64,000 nucleotides of DNA from Gemmatimonadota bacterium (GTDB lineage Bacteria > Gemmatimonadota > Gemmatimonadetes > Gemmatimonadales > GWC2-71-9): the NCBI GenBank assembly GCA_039584325.1, contig JBDGYA010000011.1, forward strand, positions 26,045 to 90,044, read 5' to 3'. The notes beneath the pieces were generated by a model, which was not told the DNA's origin, did not search any database, and worked only from the letters and a program-made list of their open reading frames with translations. Position numbers and translations under genes: made by a program. Below, one piece after another: positions 1 through 10,112 of this stretch. Each line of letters opens with the position of its first letter. Positions within the stretch are counted from its first letter, which is position 1.

Positions 1-893
1 AGCTGGACCGGGTGGGTGATTTCAGGCTCAAGCGGACCGTCCCCCCCGTGACCGACGACACCGTCGCGGAGCAGATCGAGGAGCTGCAGTCCCAGAAGGC
101 CTCCTGGCTGCCTGTCGAGGGAGAGCGTCCCGTCAACGGACAGATGGCTTCCGTGAGTATTGCGACGGTCGAGGACGGAGTCGTCGGGGACGCACGCCAG
201 TATCAGGTCGTCCTCGGCTCGGGCCAGGCGATCCCGGACCTGGAGGAGCAGGTCATGACACTGCTCCCGGGAGAGGCGAAGCAGGCTCTCGTGCGGTATC
301 CGGACGACTTCCCCGACGAGACCAAGCGGGGGCAGACCCGCACCGTGGAGATCACGCTGCACGATGTGAAGCGCCAGCAGCTCCCGGAGTTGAACGACGA
401 CTTCGCCCGGGAGGCCGGCGATTTCGATTCCCTCGATGCGTTACGTCTGGCAGTGCGGGAAGACATGGAGGCTCAGGCCGTGCGGGAAGCCGACGCTGAC
501 GTGCGGCGGCAGCTCATTGACGAAATCATCGCCGCGAACGCGCTCCAGCCTCCCGATCCAATCGTGCGCCGGGTGTTGAGCGCGTACGCCCAGAGCTATG
601 GCGTCCCCGACGATCAGTTGGAGAGCTTCACGACAGAGTTCCGGCCCGTCGCCGAGCGTCAAGTGCTCCGAGATCTCATCGTCGACCATGTGGCCGAACT
701 GGAGCACTTGCAGGCGACGGAGGAGGATCTCGACCGGCGTATCGAGGAAATCGCCCAGCGGCGGTCGACGGAACCTGCCACGGTGTACGCGTCACTGCAG
801 AAATCCAATCAACTTCGCGAGATCGAGCGGGGTATCACCGAGGAACGGGTGTTCGACCATCTGCTCGCGAAGTCGACGGTCGAGAACACATAA
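1..893 (+). CDS. tig: Trigger factor, C-terminal portion (5' end lies outside the window)
   Basis: The reading frame is open to the window edge; the track ORF 12..893 starts at an internal codon. It contains an FKBP-type PPIase-like middle segment plus a helical C-terminal arm. It sits in the canonical position directly upstream of clpP-clpX. Confidence 0.85.
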   Translation, partial: LDRVGDFRLKRTVPPVTDDTVAEQIEELQSQKASWLPVEGERPVNGQMASVSIATVEDGVVGDARQYQVVLGSGQAIPDLEEQVMTLLPGEAKQALVRYPDDFPDETKRGQTRTVEITLHDVKRQQLPELNDDFAREAGDFDSLDALRLAVREDMEAQAVREADADVRRQLIDEIIAANALQPPDPIVRRVLSAYAQSYGVPDDQLESFTTEFRPVAERQVLRDLIVDHVAELEHLQATEEDLDRRIEEIAQRRSTEPATVYASLQKSNQLREIERGITEERVFDHLLAKSTVENT

Positions 894-917
894 CACGCTT
901 GGAGTCAACGAGTTACA

Positions 918-1538
918 ATGCCGACAATCTATCCCCCGTACGTCATCGAGCGGTCGAGCCGCGGCGAGCGGACCTACGACATCTTCTCACGGCTCCTGAT
1001 GGACCGGATCGTGTTTCTCGGATCGCCGATCAACGACGACGTGGCCAACATCATCATCGCGCAGATGCTCTTCCTCGACGCGGAGAACGCCGAGCGCGAT
1101 ATCTACGTCTACATCAACTCGCCGGGCGGCATCATCTCGAGCGCGTTCGCCATCTACGACACGATGCAGCACATCTCCGCCCCGGTGAACACCATCTGTA
1201 TGGGCATGGCGGCCTCGGCCGGCTCGTTTCTGCTCGCCGCGGGGAAGAAAGGCAAGCGGGCAGCGCTGCCCCACGCCCGCATCATGATGCATCAGCCCTC
1301 GGGCGGGGCGCAGGGCACCGCGGCCGACATCGAGATCCAGGCCAAGGAGATTCTATACCTGCGCGACAAGTTGAACCAACTGTACGCGCAGCATACCGGG
1401 CGCACGATGGACCAGATCGAACTCGACATCGACCGCGACCGCTTCATGTCTGCCGACGAGGCGAAGGAGTATGGGATCATCGACAAGGTGATCCAGCGTC
1501 AGACCGAACTCGACGGTATGGAGAAGAAACCGTCTTGA
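918..1538 (+). CDS. clpP: ATP-dependent Clp protease proteolytic subunit
   Basis: 206-aa ORF with ClpP motifs '[19 protein letters not shown]', '[12 protein letters not shown]' (Ser nucleophile context) and 'MMHQPSGG' (His context). tig-clpP-clpX synteny. Confidence 0.97.
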   Translation: MPTIYPPYVIERSSRGERTYDIFSRLLMDRIVFLGSPINDDVANIIIAQMLFLDAENAERDIYVYINSPGGIISSAFAIYDTMQHISAPVNTICMGMAASAGSFLLAAGKKGKRAALPHARIMMHQPSGGAQGTAADIEIQAKEILYLRDKLNQLYAQHTGRTMDQIELDIDRDRFMSADEAKEYGIIDKVIQRQTELDGMEKKPS

Positions 1539-1585
1539 CGGTCGATCGGGGACGTCTCATACTAGCGATAACCGTGCGGTGATCC

Positions 1586-2832
<1,247 letters not shown>

Positions 2833-2836
<4 letters not shown>

Positions 2837-3417
2837 TCGCGGTCAGCTTCGTCGGCAGCTATCCGACGGTCGACTTCCGGCTCGAACCCGCACGCCCCGA
2901 GATCTGTGTCCTCGGTCGGTCCAACGTCGGGAAGTCATCGCTCATCAACGCCTTCGCCGGCCGGAAGGCCCTCGCGCGGACGAGCCGCACACCGGGCAAG
3001 ACCAGGCTCTGCAATGTCTTCGATGCGGGCGTGTTCTACCTCGTGGATCTCCCCGGCTACGGCTACGCTCGGATCGGTCGGGAGGAACGGAGAGGCCTGC
3101 AGCGGCTGATCCGGGATTATGTTGCGGAGCGCGAGACGCTCGTCGGCGCCGTCTGGCTCCTCGACGTACGACGGGATCCCTCCGCGCACGATCTGGAAAT
3201 CGTCGAGTTGCTCGATCGCCGGGCCCTGCCGGTACTCGTGGCTATCACCAAGGCCGACAAGCTCGGTCGTGGGCGACGCAAGCAACGCACCGAGGCTATC
3301 TTGGCCGCAGTCGGCCTCCCGGAGGATCAGTGCGTCGTGACCAGCGCCCGGACCGGTGAGGGGATCGACGACCTTCGTGACAGCATCTTCGCGTTCGCCG
3401 GGGACGGCGACGCATGA
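2833..3417 (+). CDS. engB: Ribosome-biogenesis GTPase EngB/YsxC
   Basis: TTG at 2833 overlaps the clpX stop (TTGA) and follows AAGGAGG. G1 '[13 protein letters not shown]', G3 'DLPGYGYA', G4 'TKADK'. The longer track ORF from 2770 lies inside clpX and was trimmed. Confidence 0.85.
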
Positions 3418-4094
3418 GGGAGAACGAGATGATCAGACAGCGCCGTTGGTCGACGCGCACGGCGGCCTCGGAAGCACTCCTCCTCGCGTTGCTCGCGGGC
3501 GCCGGGACGTGGGGCTGCGCGCAAGCGCAACAGGACGATCGCGCGGTGGCGACGGAACAGGACCCGAGCCTCCCGCCGGCCGGGTACGGCACGCTGCGCC
3601 AGGACGACGTGTCCCTGCAGCTACGCACTCAGACTGTGCGGATTCAGGTGGTGCCGCTCGACGAGCGCGTCATCAGGCTCTTGGCGAACGACACGTACAC
3701 GTCGCTCCATCGGCTCGTCGAGAGCCGCCGGGAGGAGATCGACGCCGCCGCTCGACGGAATGGCGTCCAGAACCCGACCGTCTTTCTGGTGACCTTCTTC
3801 GCGCTCGAGCGTGAGGCCCGCTTCACCCCGGACGAGCTCAACATCGGCAGCCAGAGCCGACTGTTCCGCCCCCTGGCCGTCATCCCGCTGTCGCCACTGT
3901 GGAACAATCAGCAGCTCAACCAGCGGGAAACCGCCACCGCACTGTATGTCTTCGGCGACGGTATCCAGCTGCTGGACCCGTTCCTCGTGGAGTACGTGGT
4001 AGTACGGAACGACGCGTGGGAGCAGATCCTACGGGTGCTGGACGGCGAACGCGCCTCCGTACTCGCCCGCGCCACCGCGGACCGCAAACCGTAG
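3414..4094 (+). CDS. Hypothetical secreted protein
   Basis: The ATG overlaps the engB stop (ATGA). A basic N-terminus is followed by the hydrophobic stretch 'ALLLALLAGAGTWGCAQA', which looks like a signal peptide. I recognise no family. Confidence 0.6.
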   Translation: MRENEMIRQRRWSTRTAASEALLLALLAGAGTWGCAQAQQDDRAVATEQDPSLPPAGYGTLRQDDVSLQLRTQTVRIQVVPLDERVIRLLANDTYTSLHRLVESRREEIDAAARRNGVQNPTVFLVTFFALEREARFTPDELNIGSQSRLFRPLAVIPLSPLWNNQQLNQRETATALYVFGDGIQLLDPFLVEYVVVRNDAWEQILRVLDGERASVLARATADRKP

Positions 4095-4119
4095 CCGCGC
4101 AGCCGGAGGAAGTCGGCCC

Positions 4120-4938
4120 ATGGCCCTGCGACCCCTCCGGCCGGTTACTCTGCCGGTGGCAGCCGAGCGGGTGTTCGCCGGCTGGCTCGATGAGCTGGAC
4201 GAACGCCTCTCCGACCCGGTGTGCGACCGCGACCTGCTGTGTCGCGATACGCTGTACGCCATCTACTACCCGGCCTTCGGATCGTACGCCGACCGGCTCG
4301 AGGATCCCGACACGCCTCCGGCGACGCGGGCGGCACTGCTGAGCCTCGATCCGCGACACGTCACCCTCGAGCCGGAGTACTACCACGAGATCGACCCGGA
4401 ACGCTACGCCCGGGTGAAACCGCTGCTCTGGCTGTGGCAGGGCTTCGACCGCTCGCCAATGGGTGGCGGCAATGTGGACGTCGCCGTGCGGCTACGCCGC
4501 CTCCTCGCCGGACACGTCTTCGCACGGTGCGGCGCGAACTTCAAGTGCTTCCAGCACGTAGAGTGCTCGTTCGGGTACAACGTGGAAGTCGGAGACGACG
4601 TCGTGATCCATCGGCACGTCCTGCTGGACGACCGCGGCGGCATCATCCTGGGCAACCGGGTCTCGATCGCAGACTACGCGAACATCTACAGCCACACCCA
4701 CAGCCTGGCAAATCAGGTGGATGTGACGGATGCGACGACGATCCTCGGTGACGGCGTGCGCATCACCTATCACGCCACGGTGCTCGCCGGCGTGCACGTC
4801 GGTGAGGAAGCCATCGTGGGCGCCGGTGCCGTACTGACCAAGGACGCCCGTCCGTGGCACCTGTATCTGGGAGTGCCGGCCAAGCCAGTGCGGGTGAAGC
4901 CAAACGCCCCGCCGGAGGTCGGCGAGGCGCGGCCCTGA
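4120..4938 (+). CDS. Hexapeptide-repeat (left-handed beta-helix) acyltransferase
   Basis: The C-terminal half is tandem hexapeptide repeats ('VVIHRHVLLDDRGGIILGNRVSIADYANIY...GDGVRITYHATVLAGVHVGEEAIVGAGAVL'). The N-terminal region of about 130 aa is unassigned. Confidence 0.7.
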   Translation: MALRPLRPVTLPVAAERVFAGWLDELDERLSDPVCDRDLLCRDTLYAIYYPAFGSYADRLEDPDTPPATRAALLSLDPRHVTLEPEYYHEIDPERYARVKPLLWLWQGFDRSPMGGGNVDVAVRLRRLLAGHVFARCGANFKCFQHVECSFGYNVEVGDDVVIHRHVLLDDRGGIILGNRVSIADYANIYSHTHSLANQVDVTDATTILGDGVRITYHATVLAGVHVGEEAIVGAGAVLTKDARPWHLYLGVPAKPVRVKPNAPPEVGEARP

Positions 4939-4961
4939 GCGTTCGGACCCGGTCGAGAGAC

Positions 4962-7325
4962 CTAGTGGTCGCTCCCTCTCCTGCGGCCGAGGACGGCCTG
5001 CAGCCTCACCGATAGCGCACGTGCACGGAACGGCTTCGACAGGAAGTCGTCGGCGCCCAGCTCGAACACGCGGACCTCGCTCTCCTCGTCCCCGTGAGCC
5101 GTCAGAACCACCACCGGGATGCTGTCAGTCGCGGGTCGTGAACGGAGGTGGTTCAGCACACCGTAGCCGTCGAGCCCCGGCAGGTTGAGGTCGAGCACGA
5201 TGATGTCGGGCGCGTGCCGGTCGACCTGATCGAGGGCCTGCACACCGTCTGCCGCTTCCGCCACGTCGTAGCCGTCACGCTCGAGCAAATCCCTCATGAC
5301 CTTGCGGAGCTGGTCTTCGTCGTCAACCAGCAGGACCTTGACCCCATCGGTCTCCCTTTGCCCGCCGGAGCCTCGCCTCGGAGTGGTCTCGGCCGGCTCG
5401 AGCAGCTCAAACGCCCCCTCCAGGCCCGAAGGAGCGGCGGTCGACGGATCCGAGCTGCGGGGCTCTGCAACCGCAGGCGTTCCACCGGAATGCCGTCGGG
5501 GACCCGTTGCACGCTTCGCGGCCGGCTTCTCCCCCTTCGCGCGGGCGGATGGGCCGTCTTCCTGTGGCACGTCGACGACGCGGAGCAGCTCGTCGATGGT
5601 CGACTCACCCCGCAGAACGTGCGACAGACCGCTGTCCCACAGTGAGGTCATGCCCGCACGCGTGGCGATTTGCGCGATGTGATCGGCGGTCTCATTGCTG
5701 CCGATCGCCCGTTCCACGTCGCCCGTCACCTTGAGCACTTCGACGATCGAGAACCGGCCGCGGTATCCCGTCATGGCACACTCCGGACACCCGACCGCCC
5801 GATAGAGCGGTGTGTCGGGCGGCACCCAGTGATGCAGCTTGCGCGGGACGGCCTCGACCCACACCTCCTTGCAGGTCGGACACAGGCGCCGCATGAGCCG
5901 CTGCGCCATGACGCCCCGGAGCGCACTGGCGATCTTGTACGACTCCATCCCGATGTCGACCAGGCGGGTTACCGCGTTGGCGGCATCGTTGGTGTGGAGC
6001 GTGGAGAGCACGAGGTGTCCGGTCAGGGATGCCTGGACGGCGATCTGCGCCGTCTCCCGGTCACGGATCTCCCCGACGAGCACCACGTCGGGGTCCTGCC
6101 GCAGGATCGAGCGCAGCGCCGACGCGAAGGTCAGCCCGGCCCGCTCATGGACCTGCACCTGTACGATGCCCTGCATCCGGTACTCAACCGGATCCTCGAC
6201 TGTGACGATGTTGACCCCCTCACTTTGCACGTGCCGGATCGCGGAATAGAGGGTGGTCGTCTTCCCGGAGCCCGTAGGGCCGGTGACGAGGATGATGCCG
6301 TCCCGGTTGTCCAACATCTCCTCGATCTCCGCCCGCTCCCGCGCGTTGAGGCCGAGCTTTTCCAGCGAGAGGACGGTGCGCGAGGTGTCGAGCACCCGGA
6401 TGACGACCTTCTCGCCGAGCGAGGCCGGCAAGGTGGACACGCGGAGATCGACAGGAACGCCATTCACCGCCACCCGTGCACGGCCGTCCTGCGGCCGCAG
6501 CCGATCGGCAATATCGAGTCCGGAGATGATCTTGATGCGCGAGATGAGGGGCAGGCCCGCCGCCCGGGGGATCTTCATGACCTGGCGCAGCACGCCGTCG
6601 ATCCGGTAGCGGACCGCCACTCCACCCTCTTCGGGCTCGATGTGGATGTCGCTCGAGCGCGAAGCGATGCCCTCGGAGAGAATCAGATCGACGAGACGGA
6701 CGACCGGCCGCTGCGACGCCTCCTCGGCGGAGATGGTGAGCTCGTCCGCCTCGGACTCGTCTTCGAGCTGCTCAATGTCGGCCACATCCATGCCCTCGAG
6801 CAGCTGATTCAGCACGTTCTCGGGCTTGTAGAACTCGTCGATCTTGTCGCGGATGGCACGGGGGCTGGCCAGCTGCGAGCGTACCTCACGCCCAGTCGCG
6901 AAGGCCAGCGTCTTCTCACAGTCCAGATCGAACGGATTCGCCGTGGCGATCTCCAGCACGGAGTCGGAGACCGTGATGGGGAGAATCTGATACCGGCGTG
7001 CCACCCCCTCCGGCAGGAGGTCGCGCGCGGCGCTCTCACTCCGCGACAGGTCGGCCAGCTTCAGACGGAATCGCGTGGAGAGGGACCCGAGCAGCACCTC
7101 GTCAGTCGTGAGCTTGAGACCCACGACGGCCTCCCAGAGCGACTCGAAGTCCTCCTCGGACTCCCGGATTCCCTCGATCCTCTCCTGGCCCACGATTCCC
7201 GCGACCGTCGGTCGCAGCCACTCATCGATGAAGGTCCTAACGATGCCACCCCCGCCCTGATTGGGCACTTCGGCTGTAGTGGTTTGTTGCCGCCACCTAA
7301 ATGATACCGGAGTCCTGAATGGCAC
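4962..7325 (-). CDS. GspE/PilB-family secretion ATPase fused to a C-terminal response-regulator receiver domain
   Basis: T2SSE N-terminal-type domain ('ARRYQILPITVSDSVLEIATANPFD'). Walker A 'GPTGSGKTTT', Walker B region 'VVLVGEIRD', His box 'GHLVLSTLHTN'. Tetracysteine 'CPTC...CPEC'. A Pro/Ala/Ser-rich linker is followed by REC ('KVLLVDDE...IIVLDLNLPGLDG...SKPF'). The start codon is uncertain. Confidence 0.85.
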   Translation of the reverse strand: MPFRTPVSFRWRQQTTTAEVPNQGGGGIVRTFIDEWLRPTVAGIVGQERIEGIRESEEDFESLWEAVVGLKLTTDEVLLGSLSTRFRLKLADLSRSESAARDLLPEGVARRYQILPITVSDSVLEIATANPFDLDCEKTLAFATGREVRSQLASPRAIRDKIDEFYKPENVLNQLLEGMDVADIEQLEDESEADELTISAEEASQRPVVRLVDLILSEGIASRSSDIHIEPEEGGVAVRYRIDGVLRQVMKIPRAAGLPLISRIKIISGLDIADRLRPQDGRARVAVNGVPVDLRVSTLPASLGEKVVIRVLDTSRTVLSLEKLGLNARERAEIEEMLDNRDGIILVTGPTGSGKTTTLYSAIRHVQSEGVNIVTVEDPVEYRMQGIVQVQVHERAGLTFASALRSILRQDPDVVLVGEIRDRETAQIAVQASLTGHLVLSTLHTNDAANAVTRLVDIGMESYKIASALRGVMAQRLMRRLCPTCKEVWVEAVPRKLHHWVPPDTPLYRAVGCPECAMTGYRGRFSIVEVLKVTGDVERAIGSNETADHIAQIATRAGMTSLWDSGLSHVLRGESTIDELLRVVDVPQEDGPSARAKGEKPAAKRATGPRRHSGGTPAVAEPRSSDPSTAAPSGLEGAFELLEPAETTPRRGSGGQRETDGVKVLLVDDEDQLRKVMRDLLERDGYDVAEAADGVQALDQVDRHAPDIIVLDLNLPGLDGYGVLNHLRSRPATDSIPVVVLTAHGDEESEVRVFELGADDFLSKPFRARALSVRLQAVLGRRRGSDH

Positions 7326-7394
7326 GCCACACCGGATCCACGACGAACGGTACCCTTCCGCCCGATTCCCTGGGAGGATGGGTTCGTGCTGTGG

Positions 7395-9440
7395 TCAGAG
7401 AATTCCCCAAAGATCTCGTGTGACGTCGACTACCAGGCTCACGTCACCGTCGCGCAATCCGACTCCGAAATCGATCTGGAAGAATCGGTGGAACCACTCG
7501 AGGCTGATCCCAGCCACTGGTCGGACGCCCTCGCTCGGTTGCCACGGAAGGCCGTCGACGCCCCCGCCGGCCCAGCCCACCGCCACGAACGGAGACAGAA
7601 TGACACGGCGCCCCGTATTCACGAAGGGTCCGAGCGGGATCGCTGGAACCGGCACCGGAAGCTGCCACTCGACGTGCCCGAGCACGGTGTGGCGACCTCC
7701 CCAGCGGCGGAACTCTTCCCCAACCAGGGTCCCCCGCCCACCCATGACGAACGTCCGGTACGGAGGCAGGTCGGAAGATCCCCACCCCGCGAGTACCCGC
7801 AGCACGACCCGTGTCGCACCGACGCTTACGTGAGCGTGCCCTGTCCCGCGCAGCCGAAGGTACTGGCGGCCCTCCCCCGTGCCCCCCTCGACGGTGACGG
7901 CACCACTGACGCCGCTGCGCACGGCGAGTACCGGGCTGCGGCGTTCCACCGTGAGGCGGGCAACGGCGAGCGTGCCCACACCGAGCGGCGGATTGACCCG
8001 GAAGGTCCCCGTAGCCGGTGTTGCGACGACGGCGACCGACTCGCTGTGCTGCACCCCGGCTGAGACGGCGATCCCGCCGAGCACTCCAAAGTCCCGACGC
8101 AGGCCGACGAAGGCCTCGTTCAGCAGCGTGTAGTCGCCGTAGTCATTACCGACTTCCTGCGCCAGCACGCTGTTGAGCAGCGGCGAGATCACCGGTTCAT
8201 CACTCACGTCCCGGATCTCGCGCGCGGCGCGTGCCTCCAGGGTGAGACCGCCGATGCGGTGCGACACGCCGAGTCGTCCCTTGGCCCGCTCGTCGGAGAT
8301 GCCGACCGACCCCCAGATGTCGATCTCCGTGGTCTTGCTGCCCGGGCGAAAGATGGTCCCCAACCCCGGGGCGAGTCCCTCCACGCGATTGAAGTGCAGG
8401 AGATCGGAGATAGAACCGACACTGAGCCGCGTCGAGGCCAGGCCCGACATGGCCGCCGCACCTGCCGTCTCGGCGATTTGTCCGCGCACCTCCTCGAGAT
8501 CGACGGTCATCACTGGTCCCGCGACCTCCTGGATCGCGGCGTGGAGCGGCTCGTCCCACGTGAACGTGTCGCGCACGGCCTTCGGCGCCGCTACGATCTC
8601 CGACCCCCGGAACAGGCCGTCGGGCAACCCGACGTTGAACTCGTAGCCCTCGATCTCCCACCGCCCGCGAATGATCCCTCGCGCCGGGAGATCGAGCCAC
8701 TTGGTGCGGCGACGGATCTCGATCTCTTGACGGTACGGCAGCCAGTACCGCTCCTCGAACAGCCCGTTCTCCAGCAGGATCGTGATGTCCTCGAGGGTAT
8801 TGTCGAGGTAGGCACTTCGGGTGAAGCTGAATTGGAAGATGACGACGTCCGCGGTCTCGACGTCGAAGTAGAGGCTCCCGACGACCCGTGGCTCCGAGAA
8901 GTCCTTGGGACGCACGAGGACCTTCTTGACCCGCACTGCCCGGTCGGGCAGGTACAGTGTGACCGAGTCCGTCAGCGCGTAGTCGTACAGGGCAGGGCCG
9001 TCCGGAGCGAGCGGGTGCGTGATGTCGCGCACCTCATCCCCCTCGCCGAGTCGGATCCGATCGCTGAAGTTGTTCTGGACGATGCCGAGGTGATCGCGAT
9101 GGTATTGGATATCCGTGGGCAGGTCGGCGCGGTCGCGCCAGCCCAGAATCACCTGCTTGCTGCGATCCGGCGCCTTCCAATAGACTTGGAGCATCAGTTG
9201 GTCCGACTTCACCAGGCGCGGCGGCTCCCGCAGCCCTTCGGCGAGCTGTCCGAGGAAGAAGACGAACCCATGTGCCCGCACCCGGAAGTCCGTCAGCGTG
9301 GTGTCACCCTGCCGGACGGCCCGTTGCGCGATACCGCGGGCCACGAGGACCTCGGCCGCATCGGAGTTCCAGTCCTGTCCCAGTATTCCTGCGGGGACGA
9401 GCAGAACCAGACAGGCCGCGAGGAGAACACGCTGAGGCAT
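7395..9440 (-). CDS. Outer-membrane protein with an Omp85/surface-antigen-like C-terminal beta-barrel
   Basis: Signal peptide 'MPQRVLLAACLVLLVPAGILGQ'. The C-terminal third is rich in alternating Gly/aromatic beta-strands and ends '...FFQIDFGVGLRDGD...', resembling Omp85-type barrels. I recognise no clear POTRA repeats. Confidence 0.6.
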   Translation of the reverse strand: MPQRVLLAACLVLLVPAGILGQDWNSDAAEVLVARGIAQRAVRQGDTTLTDFRVRAHGFVFFLGQLAEGLREPPRLVKSDQLMLQVYWKAPDRSKQVILGWRDRADLPTDIQYHRDHLGIVQNNFSDRIRLGEGDEVRDITHPLAPDGPALYDYALTDSVTLYLPDRAVRVKKVLVRPKDFSEPRVVGSLYFDVETADVVIFQFSFTRSAYLDNTLEDITILLENGLFEERYWLPYRQEIEIRRRTKWLDLPARGIIRGRWEIEGYEFNVGLPDGLFRGSEIVAAPKAVRDTFTWDEPLHAAIQEVAGPVMTVDLEEVRGQIAETAGAAAMSGLASTRLSVGSISDLLHFNRVEGLAPGLGTIFRPGSKTTEIDIWGSVGISDERAKGRLGVSHRIGGLTLEARAAREIRDVSDEPVISPLLNSVLAQEVGNDYGDYTLLNEAFVGLRRDFGVLGGIAVSAGVQHSESVAVVATPATGTFRVNPPLGVGTLAVARLTVERRSPVLAVRSGVSGAVTVEGGTGEGRQYLRLRGTGHAHVSVGATRVVLRVLAGWGSSDLPPYRTFVMGGRGTLVGEEFRRWGGRHTVLGHVEWQLPVPVPAIPLGPFVNTGRRVILSPFVAVGWAGGGVDGLPWQPSEGVRPVAGISLEWFHRFFQIDFGVGLRDGDVSLVVDVTRDLWGIL

Positions 9441-9485
9441 CGGCAGGCAATATCACGGCCCCTGCGACGCGCGGCAAGCGCGCTC

Positions 9486-10049
9486 ATGCTGCTGCTCGCC
9501 GCCGGGTGTGACGAGATCACCATCCCCACCGCCACCACCCTCAGCGGGTCAGAGCTGCTGTTCCTCCCGCTGCAGGTGGGAGCCCCGGCCCCCGCCCCCG
9601 CATCGTTCTACGTGGTCAACTCGCGAACGGTGCTACATCGCGTGTTGCACCCCGACGCCTTCAACTCGCTCTACGTTGAGATCCGTTTCCCGGCAGCAGC
9701 GCTCGCCGCTCTGAACGGTACGCCGCTCGGTTCCGACGACTCGGTGCGCGTCACCCTCGAGCCGGTGCCGGGAGCATACGGTCTCACCCTGCGTCCGGCC
9801 GGCCTCGACTTCACGCCTGGCGGCACACCGACCGTCACCGTCTCATTCGCGGCGTACGGTGATCTCAGCGGAGCCGACGGGTCGCCAACCTACGCGAACC
9901 GGCTCGAATACGCCGAGGCGCTCACGCTCTGGGAGGACGGGGGTATCGACCGGTGGCAGCGGGTATCGGGTTCCGGATTCACCGGGAATGATGCGGTGAG
10001 CGGGAGGCTGCCGGCACCCGGAACCTATCGGGTGGCTGCTCCGCGCTGA
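9486..10049 (+). CDS. Putative lipoprotein
   Basis: This is the 3' part of the 596-aa track ORF; the 5' part is antisense to the OMP gene and was rejected. The sequence '...RRAASALMLLLAAGC' resembles a lipoprotein signal. The true start may therefore be a non-ATG codon upstream (for example CTG at 9462) rather than the ATG at 9486. Confidence 0.5.
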   Translation: MLLLAAGCDEITIPTATTLSGSELLFLPLQVGAPAPAPASFYVVNSRTVLHRVLHPDAFNSLYVEIRFPAAALAALNGTPLGSDDSVRVTLEPVPGAYGLTLRPAGLDFTPGGTPTVTVSFAAYGDLSGADGSPTYANRLEYAEALTLWEDGGIDRWQRVSGSGFTGNDAVSGRLPAPGTYRVAAPR

Positions 10050-10112
10050 CGGTCGCTGCATTCCCCGCGGGATTCCGGAGCCCGTATATTGTCCCGAGCG
10101 AGGAGCCAAGCC

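Noticed and set aside
5670-7304. 544-aa ORF antisense to the GspE-REC gene
   Set aside because: No recognisable motifs, and the opposite strand carries complete secretion-ATPase and REC signatures.
6900-7325. c-di-GMP-binding MshEN motif in the N-terminus of the GspE-REC protein
   Set aside because: The N-terminal segment ('LWEAVVGLKLTTDEVLLGSL...') only vaguely resembles the tandem 24-residue MshEN motif. I cannot support this without a profile alignment.
8259-9440. 5' two-thirds of the 596-aa plus-strand ORF 8259..10049
   Set aside because: It is antisense to the signal-peptide/Omp85-like gene and has a low-complexity, Arg/Asp/Pro-rich translation. Only the part downstream of the divergent OMP start (from about 9462/9486) looks like a real lipoprotein gene.
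7395-9440. Possibility that the OMP upstream of the GspE-like ATPase is a secretin (GspD/PilQ)
   Set aside because: The C-terminal region lacks the secretin-domain pattern and instead resembles an Omp85/surface-antigen barrel. No N0/N1 secretin-type domains are recognisable.
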